A stretch of DNA of 60,955 bases. Source: a virus (Duplodnaviria; Caudoviricetes). Location: positions 1 to 60,955 of the IMG/VR virus record IMGVR_UViG_3300042465_004842; one strand, written 5' to 3'. Of the stretch, positions 36,603 through 45,754 are shown in pieces. How positions within the stretch are numbered: the stretch's first letter is position 1; each line of letters starts with the position of its first letter. The position numbers and the translations under genes are program-made. A model generated the notes under the pieces. It saw only the letters and a list, made by a program, of their open reading frames with translations. It had not been told where the DNA came from and searched no databases.

Positions 36603-36897
36603 CTATCGGGCCTCGCGGCCCGATAGATATTCTTTACTTGACATTAGCTAGGCCTAGGCCTAGCTATACCCGCTCCCCGCCGCCGCCCACTGACACTGTT
36701 GTTAATTTACCACTTGACAAGGCTCAGGGCGCGCCCTGAGCCTTAGATCCCTTATAGGGGGAGGGCCATAACTGCACCCGTTCTGCTCAGGTCTGCCCTT
36801 CGCTCTGTTTTTGCCAAACAAATACATCTTGGATACTTGGCCCCTCCCCCATAAACAGCCCCCTTCATTTGTAAAACCTGTACGGGGGGTGTATATT
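36603..36897. other. Palindrome-rich non-coding region upstream of terL (candidate packaging/terminus region)
   Basis: Hairpin 36603-26, perfect palindromes 36645-66 and 36719-44, G/C runs, and promoter TTGTAA-N17-TATATT at 36869-97. Confidence 0.5.
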
Positions 36898-36905
36898 AAT
36901 AAATT

Positions 36906-38366
36906 ATGAAACCTGAAGACATTGAAGCGGAAAGATTACGCCTCGAGCTGCGGCTCTCGCTCCTCGAAGCGCGAGACAAGGCCACCACTGAGTTCTTAGA
37001 CTTTTGCAAATACGTGTGGCCTGAGATCATTATCGGGGAACACCATCGTCGCATTGCCGCGGCGTTGGATCGTGTTGTCGCGGGCAAATGCAAACGCCTG
37101 ATGATCGCGATGCCCCCGCGCCACGGAAAAAGCCAAATGGGCAGTTATTTATTTCCTGCCTATTTAATGGGGAAGTTGCCACAAAGTAAACTCATTGTTG
37201 GCTCCCACACGGCTGAGTTAGCGCAGCGTTTCGGTAGGATGATTAGGAACCTTGTTGAGGATGAGCGGTACATCGAGTTGTTTCCTGATACCAAGTTGTC
37301 TGTTGACAGCAAGGCTGCCGGACGGTGGAACACGAACCAAGGCGGTGAGGCGTTCTTTATTGGTAAGGGCGGCGCGATGACGGGCCGTGGCGGTGATATT
37401 ATTATTTTGGATGACATCTTGGATGAGCAGGATGCCATATCTGATACCGCTATGGAGAACACGTGGGAATGGTACACATCTGGTCCACGTCAGCGATTGC
37501 AGCCAAACGGTACAATAATTGTTATCAACACTCGGTGGAAGACCGACGATTTATCCGGGCGATTACTTCGCCAGCAGGGACAATTAAAGAGCGACCAGTG
37601 GGAGGTTTTAGAGTTTCCTGCGATCCTCCCGAGCGGCAACCCTTTGTGGCCCGAATATTGGGCGCTTGAGGAGCTTGAAAAAGTCAAGATGTCCATTGGC
37701 TTAAAGAAGTGGAACGCGCAGTGGCAGCAACAGCCTACTAACGATGACGGTGCGATATTAAAGCGCGATTGGTGGCGCAGGTGGCAAAAGGAAGAACCGC
37801 CTAGCTGCAGCTATATCATTCAAACCTACGATACGGCGTACTCCAAAAAGGAGACGGCTGACTTCTCGGTCATCGCAACGTGGGGCGTGTTCCGTCCATC
37901 TGCCGACTCGGGCCCTAATTTAATTTTGTTAGCGGTAAGGAAAGGCCGTTGGGATTTTCCGGAGTTAAAGCGGATTGCCAAGGATGAGTACAGGTATTGG
38001 CAACCGGATAACGTATTGATTGAGGCCAAAGCTACGGGTACTCCGTTGCAGCATGAGATGAGGAAGATGGGTATTCCTGTGACGATGTACTCCCCCGGTG
38101 GTAGGAGGACGGGGCAGGATAAGGTAAGTCGTGCCAATGCGGTCGCTCCCATGCTGGAGTCAGGGATGGTGTGGTATCCGGAGGATGAGGAGTTTGCTCA
38201 GGACTTGGTGGAGGAGTGCGCCGCGTTCCCTAATGGCAGTCACGATGACCAAGTGGATGCAACCATTATGGCTTTAATGCGTTTTAGGCAAGGTAACTTC
38301 ATATCGTTAGAAGATGACGATGATGAGGAGAAAGAGGTTGTGGATACGAGGGTTGAGTATTATTGA
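36906..38366 (+). CDS. terL: Terminase large subunit
   Basis: MPPRHGKS Walker A, IIILDD Walker B, QTYDTA nuclease Asp, IEAKATG, HDDQVDA. Confidence 0.96.
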   Translation: MKPEDIEAERLRLELRLSLLEARDKATTEFLDFCKYVWPEIIIGEHHRRIAAALDRVVAGKCKRLMIAMPPRHGKSQMGSYLFPAYLMGKLPQSKLIVGSHTAELAQRFGRMIRNLVEDERYIELFPDTKLSVDSKAAGRWNTNQGGEAFFIGKGGAMTGRGGDIIILDDILDEQDAISDTAMENTWEWYTSGPRQRLQPNGTIIVINTRWKTDDLSGRLLRQQGQLKSDQWEVLEFPAILPSGNPLWPEYWALEELEKVKMSIGLKKWNAQWQQQPTNDDGAILKRDWWRRWQKEEPPSCSYIIQTYDTAYSKKETADFSVIATWGVFRPSADSGPNLILLAVRKGRWDFPELKRIAKDEYRYWQPDNVLIEAKATGTPLQHEMRKMGIPVTMYSPGGRRTGQDKVSRANAVAPMLESGMVWYPEDEEFAQDLVEECAAFPNGSHDDQVDATIMALMRFRQGNFISLEDDDDEEKEVVDTRVEYY

Positions 38367-38430
38367 TAAAAAGGGTGGGGTATGGTAGCGTAACGGCATT
38401 CTTTTCACGGGCCGCGAGCAATCCTACACC

Positions 38431-41400
38431 ATGGACCAAACCATTCAATCCCTCCAAGACAAGATTCGTGCAGCGGCTGCAGATCGGGGTATTGATCCTG
38501 ACGTTGCGTTACGTATTGCCAATGCGGAGAGTACGCTTAGCAATGCAGCCAAGAATACCCGCTCCTCGGCCCGCGGTCTATTCCAAATTATTGATAGCAC
38601 GTGGAAGAACTTTGGTGGGGATCCTGCCAAGCGCAATGATGTCGATGAGAACATCCGTGTTGGGTTGAATGTTATCTCTGGCAACAGGGATTCGTTTTTA
38701 AAGCGGTTTGGTAAGGAACCCAGTAAGGAGCAGATATACAGCATGCACGTCCTCGGAACAGGGGACGCGTTCAAGGTATTTAATGCCGCTGACGATGCGG
38801 CTATAAAAAATATAGTTCCCAAAAAGGTAATAAAATCTAATCCGTATATGGAGAAGATGAGTGTAGCGGACTTTTTGGATTTCACTCAAGCCAAGATGGC
38901 GAAAAAGGGGACGGTGACACCGAGTGCTACCGTTGTGGCAAAAACGGAAACAGCTCCTGTGCCCATGCCGCAAACTCCTAAGGAGACGATGCGTCAGGCT
39001 CCAAGCAAGATGCCTTCTTCGCGGACCGTGGATCTCCCAACTGCAGCCAATCCAACCGCTCCTCCAATGAATAAGGATTTATTGGCAAGTCTTGGCCCCA
39101 ATTATCAGGCGGCGTTAGCAGCGATGACGCTGTCGGATTCGTCGGAAGATGATGACGATGAGGCGTTGGCAGAGAGGTATGCAGAGCGGTTCGCGGATCA
39201 GGGTAATGAGGTAGTGCCATCTACGCTGGGAGATATCCAGTTATCTTACGCGTCACCGTTTGAGGAGCCAGCCCCTGTGCAAATGGCTACAGGCGGGGAA
39301 GTGGGTGTGCAGAAAATGGCGTTTGGCGGATTGCCATACAAGCCTTCTGCGCTTATTCCTTCTAGGGTAAAGAATCAAGTAGGTCAAGCGCAGGCGGATT
39401 TGGATGCATACAACCAGCAGGTGGGTTCGTACAATGCGCAGATGGAAGATTATAAGCGTCGTGTAGAGGACTACAACAACCAGATCAATGCGTATAACGA
39501 GCAACGAAATCAGTACCTATCATCGTACATAGGTGGAGAAAATCCTACTGTTTATATTAGTTCGCGAGGCAAGTACAGTCCGGCTATTGGTAAGGGGTCC
39601 GTGATACCTGTTGGGGCAAAAGATATAAGTGTTACCCCATACGGCACAGTGCCCGGTCTTAAACTCCCCGGCTATCTCATTCGTCAAGGTGAGTACAGAA
39701 GTCTGTCGGAACCGAGGGCCCCGGGCAACGCTCCGGGCGGCGAGCCTACCGCTCCTGTCCAGCCTAATATCGGTGCAACGCAAGCATCTGTGGAAGCGGC
39801 TAAGGCAAAACAGCGTCGCTTGCAGTTGACGTACGATGTGATGGAAGATCCTGAGAGATTTAATCTGTCTATGCCAGCCATGTTTGCCGAAGGCGGGGAA
39901 GCGTCTGCGTCGGATATGTTGAAACAGTTAAAGCAAGCGGTTGTCCCTGCACAGATTCGCACGTTCATTGAAACAGTAATGATGAATAAAGAGGACAGAG
40001 CAGGTCGTCCCATTACTGAAAAAGATTTCAGTGAGTCGGAGCTGCGTCAGATATTGGATACCATTGGGTTGGCACGTAAGAATAGAACAGCAGAGAATCG
40101 GTACAACGACAACTACAAACCTTCTGCAAAAGAGCAGAAGGAAACTGATGAGTTGTTTAAGAAAGCCTTTGGCACAAATGATGCTGCGCTACAGCTTCAA
40201 CGCGAGAAACGCCAAGCGGAAAAGGATTACTTCCAATCTGGCAAGGGTACAGTGAACTACATGGACTATCCCGGATTTACGTCGGGCTTACGTGACACCA
40301 CTGTCTCAGGTAAAGGCGCTATTCGTAATACGCTAGGTCGCTTTGTCTATGAGACATTACCGGATGGTCGAATACGGGTGAAGGATACGTACGATTTTAA
40401 AGATGATTTGGTAACGGAGTTGGGTCAGCGCCCAAGTGCTGCGTACAAAGATATGGGAACAATGGGTAAGCTAGGAACAATCCTAGTAGATACATTGAAT
40501 AACCCAATGGATTTGCAATCAGAAGAAGGTGGAACGAAAGTGGGTAGGGCCACTTTGCCTAGCCGCGTTGGCAGCGCCTTCATTGGTCAAAATGGCAGAC
40601 CCGTGGATATCACATTGGATCCTCGTGAGTTGATGCCCGGTTATGCTGGCTATGCACATGGGGGTCCCGTGCATCGTGCCAATGGCTCACCTGTTTATGG
40701 CGAGATCCCCGATTCTGGTCCCATTACTGCTGACACACGTGCAGCGATGTCCAACTTCCAAGTGCCTAATGCGCGTGAAGCGTTGGCAGCGTTGAAGAAG
40801 ATTTATGGTGAGGGTGTATCTAACGCGGAGTCGTTAGTGCGTGGCTCACTCGCCGCGGTCCCCGGAACATTCGGCGATATCGGTCAAGAGTTTGATATAC
40901 GTGGCTTGCGTAATTTGCCTACCACTGAGCAGTTGTTGAAAAAGTATCCACAGCGTTTAACGCAGCCAACGGCAGAGACATCTAAGTTTGAAAATGTAGG
41001 CACATACATGCCGCCGCCTATCCCTCCTACGGCTGTCAGTGGTACAGCTAAAGCAATGATGAAGGGATTGAAGGAGTCGGGTCCGCAGGTGGAGAGCATC
41101 ATGCGTAAGATTGCTCCTGCGGCTGAACCGTTTAGTATTCTCCGTCCAACGGGCGGTGAGTTTGCAACGGTCAAGTCAATGAGTGAAGCGCCTATCTCTA
41201 GGTTTGATAGCACTCTTGCAAAGTTGTTTGAATCACGGGCCGAGCCTCAATATGCGTCAGTAAATAAATTCTTTGATACAAAATTTAGAGATTACTTTAA
41301 AAAGCAAGCAGGTAGTGTGTCTGATCCAGTGCGTGAAGGATTGATTAGCGGCAAGATAAAGATACCTAAGGATTCTCCATTAGAGGAAATGTTCCCAGAG

Positions 41401-42516
41401 GCGTTGATTAAAGCAGCGCGTGATGGCGACATCACTGCTATGAAGCTAATTGAAAAACAATTAGATGAAGGCATACAAATTAAATCGTACAAGAAATCGG
41501 ATGTGCGTGAATATGATTCTGATATATTGGCTTCGGATGAAATGCGTTCATCTATTTTGCAGCAGATGAAACGTAATCCAGATATTATTCCTGATGCTAT
41601 GTTGCTACGTTTGGCTAAAAAGAATGCATCTAACTTGTCACCAGAAAAAGCAGCCCAAACAGTAGCCGATATTCGTGCCAAGTTAAAAGCTAATCCAGAA
41701 TTATTCTCTACGGTGTACGAAGAGAAGATTATGCGAATGATGCCGGAAAGACTAACGGAAGTAGTTACTCCAGAGTACATGGAGAAATACCCATCGCTAT
41801 ACGGTAATGTTAAAAATATCTTTGACTCACGCCAAGGCATTATGGCGCTAAAAGGAGCGGCTCCTGTTATTGATGTGGAGAGCCCACCTAGGTTGTTTGG
41901 TATGACATTGAATCGAATGCATGAGCTAATGCAGCGTCTGCCTGAAAAAGAGTTGGAGCGCATGGATGTACCTACTGTGTTGAATAAGGTTATTCAACTA
42001 GACAAAGTAAGTAATGAAGTAGCTGGCTATGCTAACCGAGCAGAGAAGTTGATTTCTGCAGGCAAAGTTGTTCCAGAAAAACTAACTACGTATGGTACAA
42101 AACCATTTACTACTGCAGATGAGCAAGGCTTTATGTGGCGTGAGATAACAGAGCCCGATGCTGCAACTATCCAAGGTAAGTTACTGGGTAACTCTATTGG
42201 TGGGTATGCAAGACCCGGATCGTATGGCAGCTTGTCAAAGGGTCGCACTGCTATAGATAACGGCGAAGTTAGGTTGTTTGGCTTGTACGATAAAAATAAT
42301 CAGTTGATGACTAACGTAGAATACGTTACTAACAAAGCAGAGACGCTGAAAAATAGTATTCCACAGTTTTATGGCAATGGCCCTGCAACAGGCAATGTGT
42401 CGCCAGATAATTTTGTTCCGCAAGTTGTAGAACTAATTAACAAATTAAATCCAGATAACATTCCCCCCTCAATCAAACAATTGTTGAGAGACAGTGGAAT
42501 ATCCATTACAAAGTAA
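38431..42516 (+). CDS. Multi-module virion protein: N-terminal lytic transglycosylase (SLT), C-terminal PcfJ-like domain
   Basis: IANAES...ARGLFQIIDSTW (SLT); C-terminal WREI....QG..LGNSIGGY...GEVRLFGLYD...TNVE. Confidence 0.7.
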   Translation: MDQTIQSLQDKIRAAAADRGIDPDVALRIANAESTLSNAAKNTRSSARGLFQIIDSTWKNFGGDPAKRNDVDENIRVGLNVISGNRDSFLKRFGKEPSKEQIYSMHVLGTGDAFKVFNAADDAAIKNIVPKKVIKSNPYMEKMSVADFLDFTQAKMAKKGTVTPSATVVAKTETAPVPMPQTPKETMRQAPSKMPSSRTVDLPTAANPTAPPMNKDLLASLGPNYQAALAAMTLSDSSEDDDDEALAERYAERFADQGNEVVPSTLGDIQLSYASPFEEPAPVQMATGGEVGVQKMAFGGLPYKPSALIPSRVKNQVGQAQADLDAYNQQVGSYNAQMEDYKRRVEDYNNQINAYNEQRNQYLSSYIGGENPTVYISSRGKYSPAIGKGSVIPVGAKDISVTPYGTVPGLKLPGYLIRQGEYRSLSEPRAPGNAPGGEPTAPVQPNIGATQASVEAAKAKQRRLQLTYDVMEDPERFNLSMPAMFAEGGEASASDMLKQLKQAVVPAQIRTFIETVMMNKEDRAGRPITEKDFSESELRQILDTIGLARKNRTAENRYNDNYKPSAKEQKETDELFKKAFGTNDAALQLQREKRQAEKDYFQSGKGTVNYMDYPGFTSGLRDTTVSGKGAIRNTLGRFVYETLPDGRIRVKDTYDFKDDLVTELGQRPSAAYKDMGTMGKLGTILVDTLNNPMDLQSEEGGTKVGRATLPSRVGSAFIGQNGRPVDITLDPRELMPGYAGYAHGGPVHRANGSPVYGEIPDSGPITADTRAAMSNFQVPNAREALAALKKIYGEGVSNAESLVRGSLAAVPGTFGDIGQEFDIRGLRNLPTTEQLLKKYPQRLTQPTAETSKFENVGTYMPPPIPPTAVSGTAKAMMKGLKESGPQVESIMRKIAPAAEPFSILRPTGGEFATVKSMSEAPISRFDSTLAKLFESRAEPQYASVNKFFDTKFRDYFKKQAGSVSDPVREGLISGKIKIPKDSPLEEMFPEALIKAARDGDITAMKLIEKQLDEGIQIKSYKKSDVREYDSDILASDEMRSSILQQMKRNPDIIPDAMLLRLAKKNASNLSPEKAAQTVADIRAKLKANPELFSTVYEEKIMRMMPERLTEVVTPEYMEKYPSLYGNVKNIFDSRQGIMALKGAAPVIDVESPPRLFGMTLNRMHELMQRLPEKELERMDVPTVLNKVIQLDKVSNEVAGYANRAEKLISAGKVVPEKLTTYGTKPFTTADEQGFMWREITEPDAATIQGKLLGNSIGGYARPGSYGSLSKGRTAIDNGEVRLFGLYDKNNQLMTNVEYVTNKAETLKNSIPQFYGNGPATGNVSPDNFVPQVVELINKLNPDNIPPSIKQLLRDSGISITK

Positions 42517-42525
42517 GGAAGTACT

Positions 42526-44877
42526 ATGCCGATAGATCGTAATGAGAGCCTGCCATCAGGCAACATTGATATTGAAGTGTCTGCACTAGAGGACATGCCT
42601 GACGTTGAGATTGAACTTGACGAGGAAGGTGGCGTTACTGTCAATATTGGCGAAGAAGACGACAAAGAGCTTGGGTACGAGGCTAATCTAGCAGAAATAC
42701 TTCCTGAAGAGGTGTTATCCAAAATATCTGATGATTTGGTGTCGCTGTTTGAGGCAGATAAGTCTTCGCGTGAGCAGTGGGAAAAGATGTACAGCGATGG
42801 CTTAGAGCTTCTTGGTACGACTATGGAAGAGCGCACTAAGCCATTTAAAGGCTCGTCCGGTGTATTCCACCCTATGTTGCAAGAATCCGTGGTGCAGTTC
42901 CAAGCACAAGCATTGAAAGAATTGATGCCGTCAGACGGCCCTGTGCGTACACAGGTGCTGGGCAAAGAGACGCGTGAAAAGGTTATGCAAGCGGTCCGCG
43001 TCAAGGATTTCATGAACTATGAGATCACAACAGAGATGCAAGAGTACACGCCTGACTTTGATCAGCTGTTGTACTACGTAGGCTACGGCGGATCCGCTTT
43101 TAAAAAGGTTTACTACGATCCAAGTCTAGGACGTATGGTCAGCCCTCTGGTATTGCCAGACAATCTGTATATCCCGTACCACGGTTCTAGTGTGATGAGC
43201 CGTTGTGAGCGAATCACTCACCGTATTCCTATGTCTACGAATGCGTATCGCAAGGCGGTAGTAGCGGGTCAGTACCTTGATATAGCAGAAGCGGAAGTTG
43301 ATCAAGAAGCAACGCAAATACAGGAGTCGTTAGATAAGGTAACTGGCGTGTCTCCCGCAGGCGAAGAGGAAGAGATGTCGTTGCTGGAGTTCCAGATTGA
43401 CTATGACTTGCCGGGGTTTGAAGACCTAGGTGAAGACGATGAGCCAACAGGAATAAAGCTGCCATACATCATAACTTTGGATGAGGTATCGGGTCAGGTT
43501 GTTGGCGTTCGTAGGAATTGGAACGAAGATGATGATAAACGGATTCGTAAGGAATATTTCATACACTACTTGTTAGTCCAAGGTCCGGGTTCCTACGGTT
43601 TGGGCTTCTTGCATCTGATGGGGGGCTTGACCAAGTCGGCTACGTCGTCGCTACGTCAATTGATTGATGCGGGTACGTTCTCTAACCTTCCTGCAGGATT
43701 TAAAGCTAAGGGTGCGCGTATTGAGAACGATGATGTGCCTATTCAGCCGGGTGAGTGGCGAGATATGGATGCGGGTGGTATGGAACTTACCTCGTCTATG
43801 CTGCCATTGCCGTACAAAGAGCCTAGCCAGACGTTGTTTGCGCTATTGGGCTTCTGTGTTGACGCGGGTCGTCGCATTGCATCGATCACTGATTTGCAGG
43901 TAGGCGACAGTAACCAGAATGCCGCGGTAGGTACAACCATTGCGCTGTTGGAAAAAGGCTCGATGGTAATGTCGGCGGTGCATAAGCGTTTGCATTACAG
44001 CCAGAAGATGGAATTCCAATTGCTGGCAAAAGGCTTTGCAGAATACTTGCCAGATGAGTATCCGTACGATGTACCGGGCGAGAGCCGCAAGATTAAGCGT
44101 TCTGATTTTGATGACCGCATTGATATATTGCCGGTATCTGACCCTAATATCTTCTCTGTGGCCCAGCGTATTACGATGGCACAGACTCAATTGCAGTTAG
44201 CCCAGAGTGCTCCGCAAATGCACAATATGTACGAGGCTTATCGCCGTATGTATGAGGCAATTGGAGTGCGAGATATTGATGGATTGCTAAATAGTCAACA
44301 AATTGACAAGCCAAAAGACCCGATGAGTGAAAACTCACAGGCGTTGGATGGTTCCCCATTGAAGGTATTTGCTGGTCAGCAGCACGATGCGCACATTTTG
44401 TCGCATTTGCTGTTTGGGCTATCTCCTTCGGTGGCTTCAATGCCAAATGTTGTGATAAATCTGCAAAAACACCTGTTAGAGCACGTCAAAACTAAGGCGG
44501 AAGAGTTTGTTGAGGCCCAGTTGTTCAGGGAATATGGCGTGGATCCGGACAAATTGGTGTCAGCCTTGCAACGTGAAGCAATGATTGCATTGAAAGCAGC
44601 TGAGTTTTATCAAGAAGCTAAGGCTTTGCAAGAACAATTGTCTGGCGCTAACCAGCCGCCTAATGATCCATTGATCGAACTGAAGAAACAAGAGCTTGCG
44701 CAGTCCGCGCAACGTGATCAGGCCAAGATTGCTATGGATCAGGCGCGTATGACCCTTGATCAGCAGAAGGAAAACAATGACATGGCTGTTGATCAGGCTC
44801 GATTACAGCAGGCAGCACAGACAGCCAAGGAAAGAAACGCCGTAACGCTAGTCAAGGGGAATAATAATGTCCAATAG
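42526..44877 (+). CDS. Portal protein (P22-like)
   Basis: 783 aa; HPMLQES..FQAQA, GSAFKKVYYD, LRQLIDAGT..NLP, Gln-rich C-terminal barrel. Confidence 0.9.
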   Translation: MPIDRNESLPSGNIDIEVSALEDMPDVEIELDEEGGVTVNIGEEDDKELGYEANLAEILPEEVLSKISDDLVSLFEADKSSREQWEKMYSDGLELLGTTMEERTKPFKGSSGVFHPMLQESVVQFQAQALKELMPSDGPVRTQVLGKETREKVMQAVRVKDFMNYEITTEMQEYTPDFDQLLYYVGYGGSAFKKVYYDPSLGRMVSPLVLPDNLYIPYHGSSVMSRCERITHRIPMSTNAYRKAVVAGQYLDIAEAEVDQEATQIQESLDKVTGVSPAGEEEEMSLLEFQIDYDLPGFEDLGEDDEPTGIKLPYIITLDEVSGQVVGVRRNWNEDDDKRIRKEYFIHYLLVQGPGSYGLGFLHLMGGLTKSATSSLRQLIDAGTFSNLPAGFKAKGARIENDDVPIQPGEWRDMDAGGMELTSSMLPLPYKEPSQTLFALLGFCVDAGRRIASITDLQVGDSNQNAAVGTTIALLEKGSMVMSAVHKRLHYSQKMEFQLLAKGFAEYLPDEYPYDVPGESRKIKRSDFDDRIDILPVSDPNIFSVAQRITMAQTQLQLAQSAPQMHNMYEAYRRMYEAIGVRDIDGLLNSQQIDKPKDPMSENSQALDGSPLKVFAGQQHDAHILSHLLFGLSPSVASMPNVVINLQKHLLEHVKTKAEEFVEAQLFREYGVDPDKLVSALQREAMIALKAAEFYQEAKALQEQLSGANQPPNDPLIELKKQELAQSAQRDQAKIAMDQARMTLDQQKENNDMAVDQARLQQAAQTAKERNAVTLVKGNNNVQ

Positions 44878-45010
44878 AAAGCCAAATTTGGTAAAAATGT
44901 CCCAACAACGGACTGTGAAACCTAAAAAGGTTCCACGTGAAACAATTGGAGAGCCTCGTCCTGCCTTTGTTTACAGGAAAGACGCATTTAAAAAAGTAAA
45001 AATTACATAA
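44867..45010 (+). CDS. 47-aa basic protein (not in ORF track)
   Basis: AAGGGG RBS; MSNRKPNLVK...VYRKDAFKKVKIT. Confidence 0.55.
   Translation: MSNRKPNLVKMSQQRTVKPKKVPRETIGEPRPAFVYRKDAFKKVKIT
44929..44944. promoter_or_regulatory. parS-like site
   Basis: GGTTCCACGTGAAACA matches TGTTNCACGTGAAACA at 15 of 16 positions. Confidence 0.55.
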
Positions 45011-45098
45011 TTTTAGTGTCTTTGTACAAATAAACATGCATAATATGCATGTAGCCTTCGGATAGGGCCTGTACTATCTGCGTTCTTGGAGTAATTCC

Positions 45099-45284
45099 AT
45101 GCTTGAGTTCACAGAAAAAGTGTTACACGAACTTCGTTCGCTTAAAAAGCAAACGGAGGACATCATCTTGGGTGGTGGTGTTCGTGACATGGAACAATAT
45201 AAGTTCCTACAGGGTCGTCTAGAGGGGTACAAGTTTGTCGAAGAGAAGATTGCGAGTCTTCTTAAAAACACCTTCATAGATTAA
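45099..45284 (+). CDS. Small head-module protein
   Basis: 'GGVRDMEQYKFLQGRLEG'; precedes GroES. Confidence 0.75.
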   Translation: MLEFTEKVLHELRSLKKQTEDIILGGGVRDMEQYKFLQGRLEGYKFVEEKIASLLKNTFID

Positions 45285-45293
45285 AGGACCCTT

Positions 45294-45746
45294 ATGACAG
45301 CAAATGCATTAGAAGAGAAGTGGGCGAAGGAAAAGGAAGAAACAGGTCCTACCCTAGATGATGCCTATACCCATGACGGCAGTCTTGTCGTAGAAAACAT
45401 TGACGAGTCTGTTGTTGATCGCATTCCACAGCCTACGGGTTGGCGGATCGTTGTCCTCCCTTATCGTGGTGCAGAAAAATCCAAAGGCGGTATTGTTTTG
45501 GCGGATCAGACACGTGAACGCCAGCAATTGACTACGGTTTGTGGCTATGTACTAGCTGTGGGTAACCTAGCATATCGAGATGAGGTTAAATTTCCTAATG
45601 GCGCATGGTGTAAAAAGGGCGATTGGGTAATTTTTGGTCGCTACGCGGGTGCGCGTATTGGCTTGGATGGTGGCGAGATTCGTATTCTTAACGATGACGA
45701 AATCTTAGCCAATATAAACAACCCAGAAGACATTCTGCATATGTGA
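45294..45746 (+). CDS. groES: Co-chaperonin GroES-like protein
   Basis: PTGWRIVV...EKSKGGIVL...VLAVG...GDWVIFGRYAG...RILNDDEILA. Confidence 0.9.
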   Translation: MTANALEEKWAKEKEETGPTLDDAYTHDGSLVVENIDESVVDRIPQPTGWRIVVLPYRGAEKSKGGIVLADQTRERQQLTTVCGYVLAVGNLAYRDEVKFPNGAWCKKGDWVIFGRYAGARIGLDGGEIRILNDDEILANINNPEDILHM

Positions 45747-45754
45747 GGTAAGTT

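Noticed and set aside
36645-36744. Protelomerase telRL site (linear plasmid prophage)
   Set aside because: No protelomerase or tyrosine-recombinase gene was recognised, and there are several different palindromes rather than one.
41292-43013. Long antisense ORFs (41292..41963, 42369..43013) and similar shadow ORFs elsewhere
   Set aside because: They are antisense shadows of well-supported genes, with no RBS or recognisable motifs.
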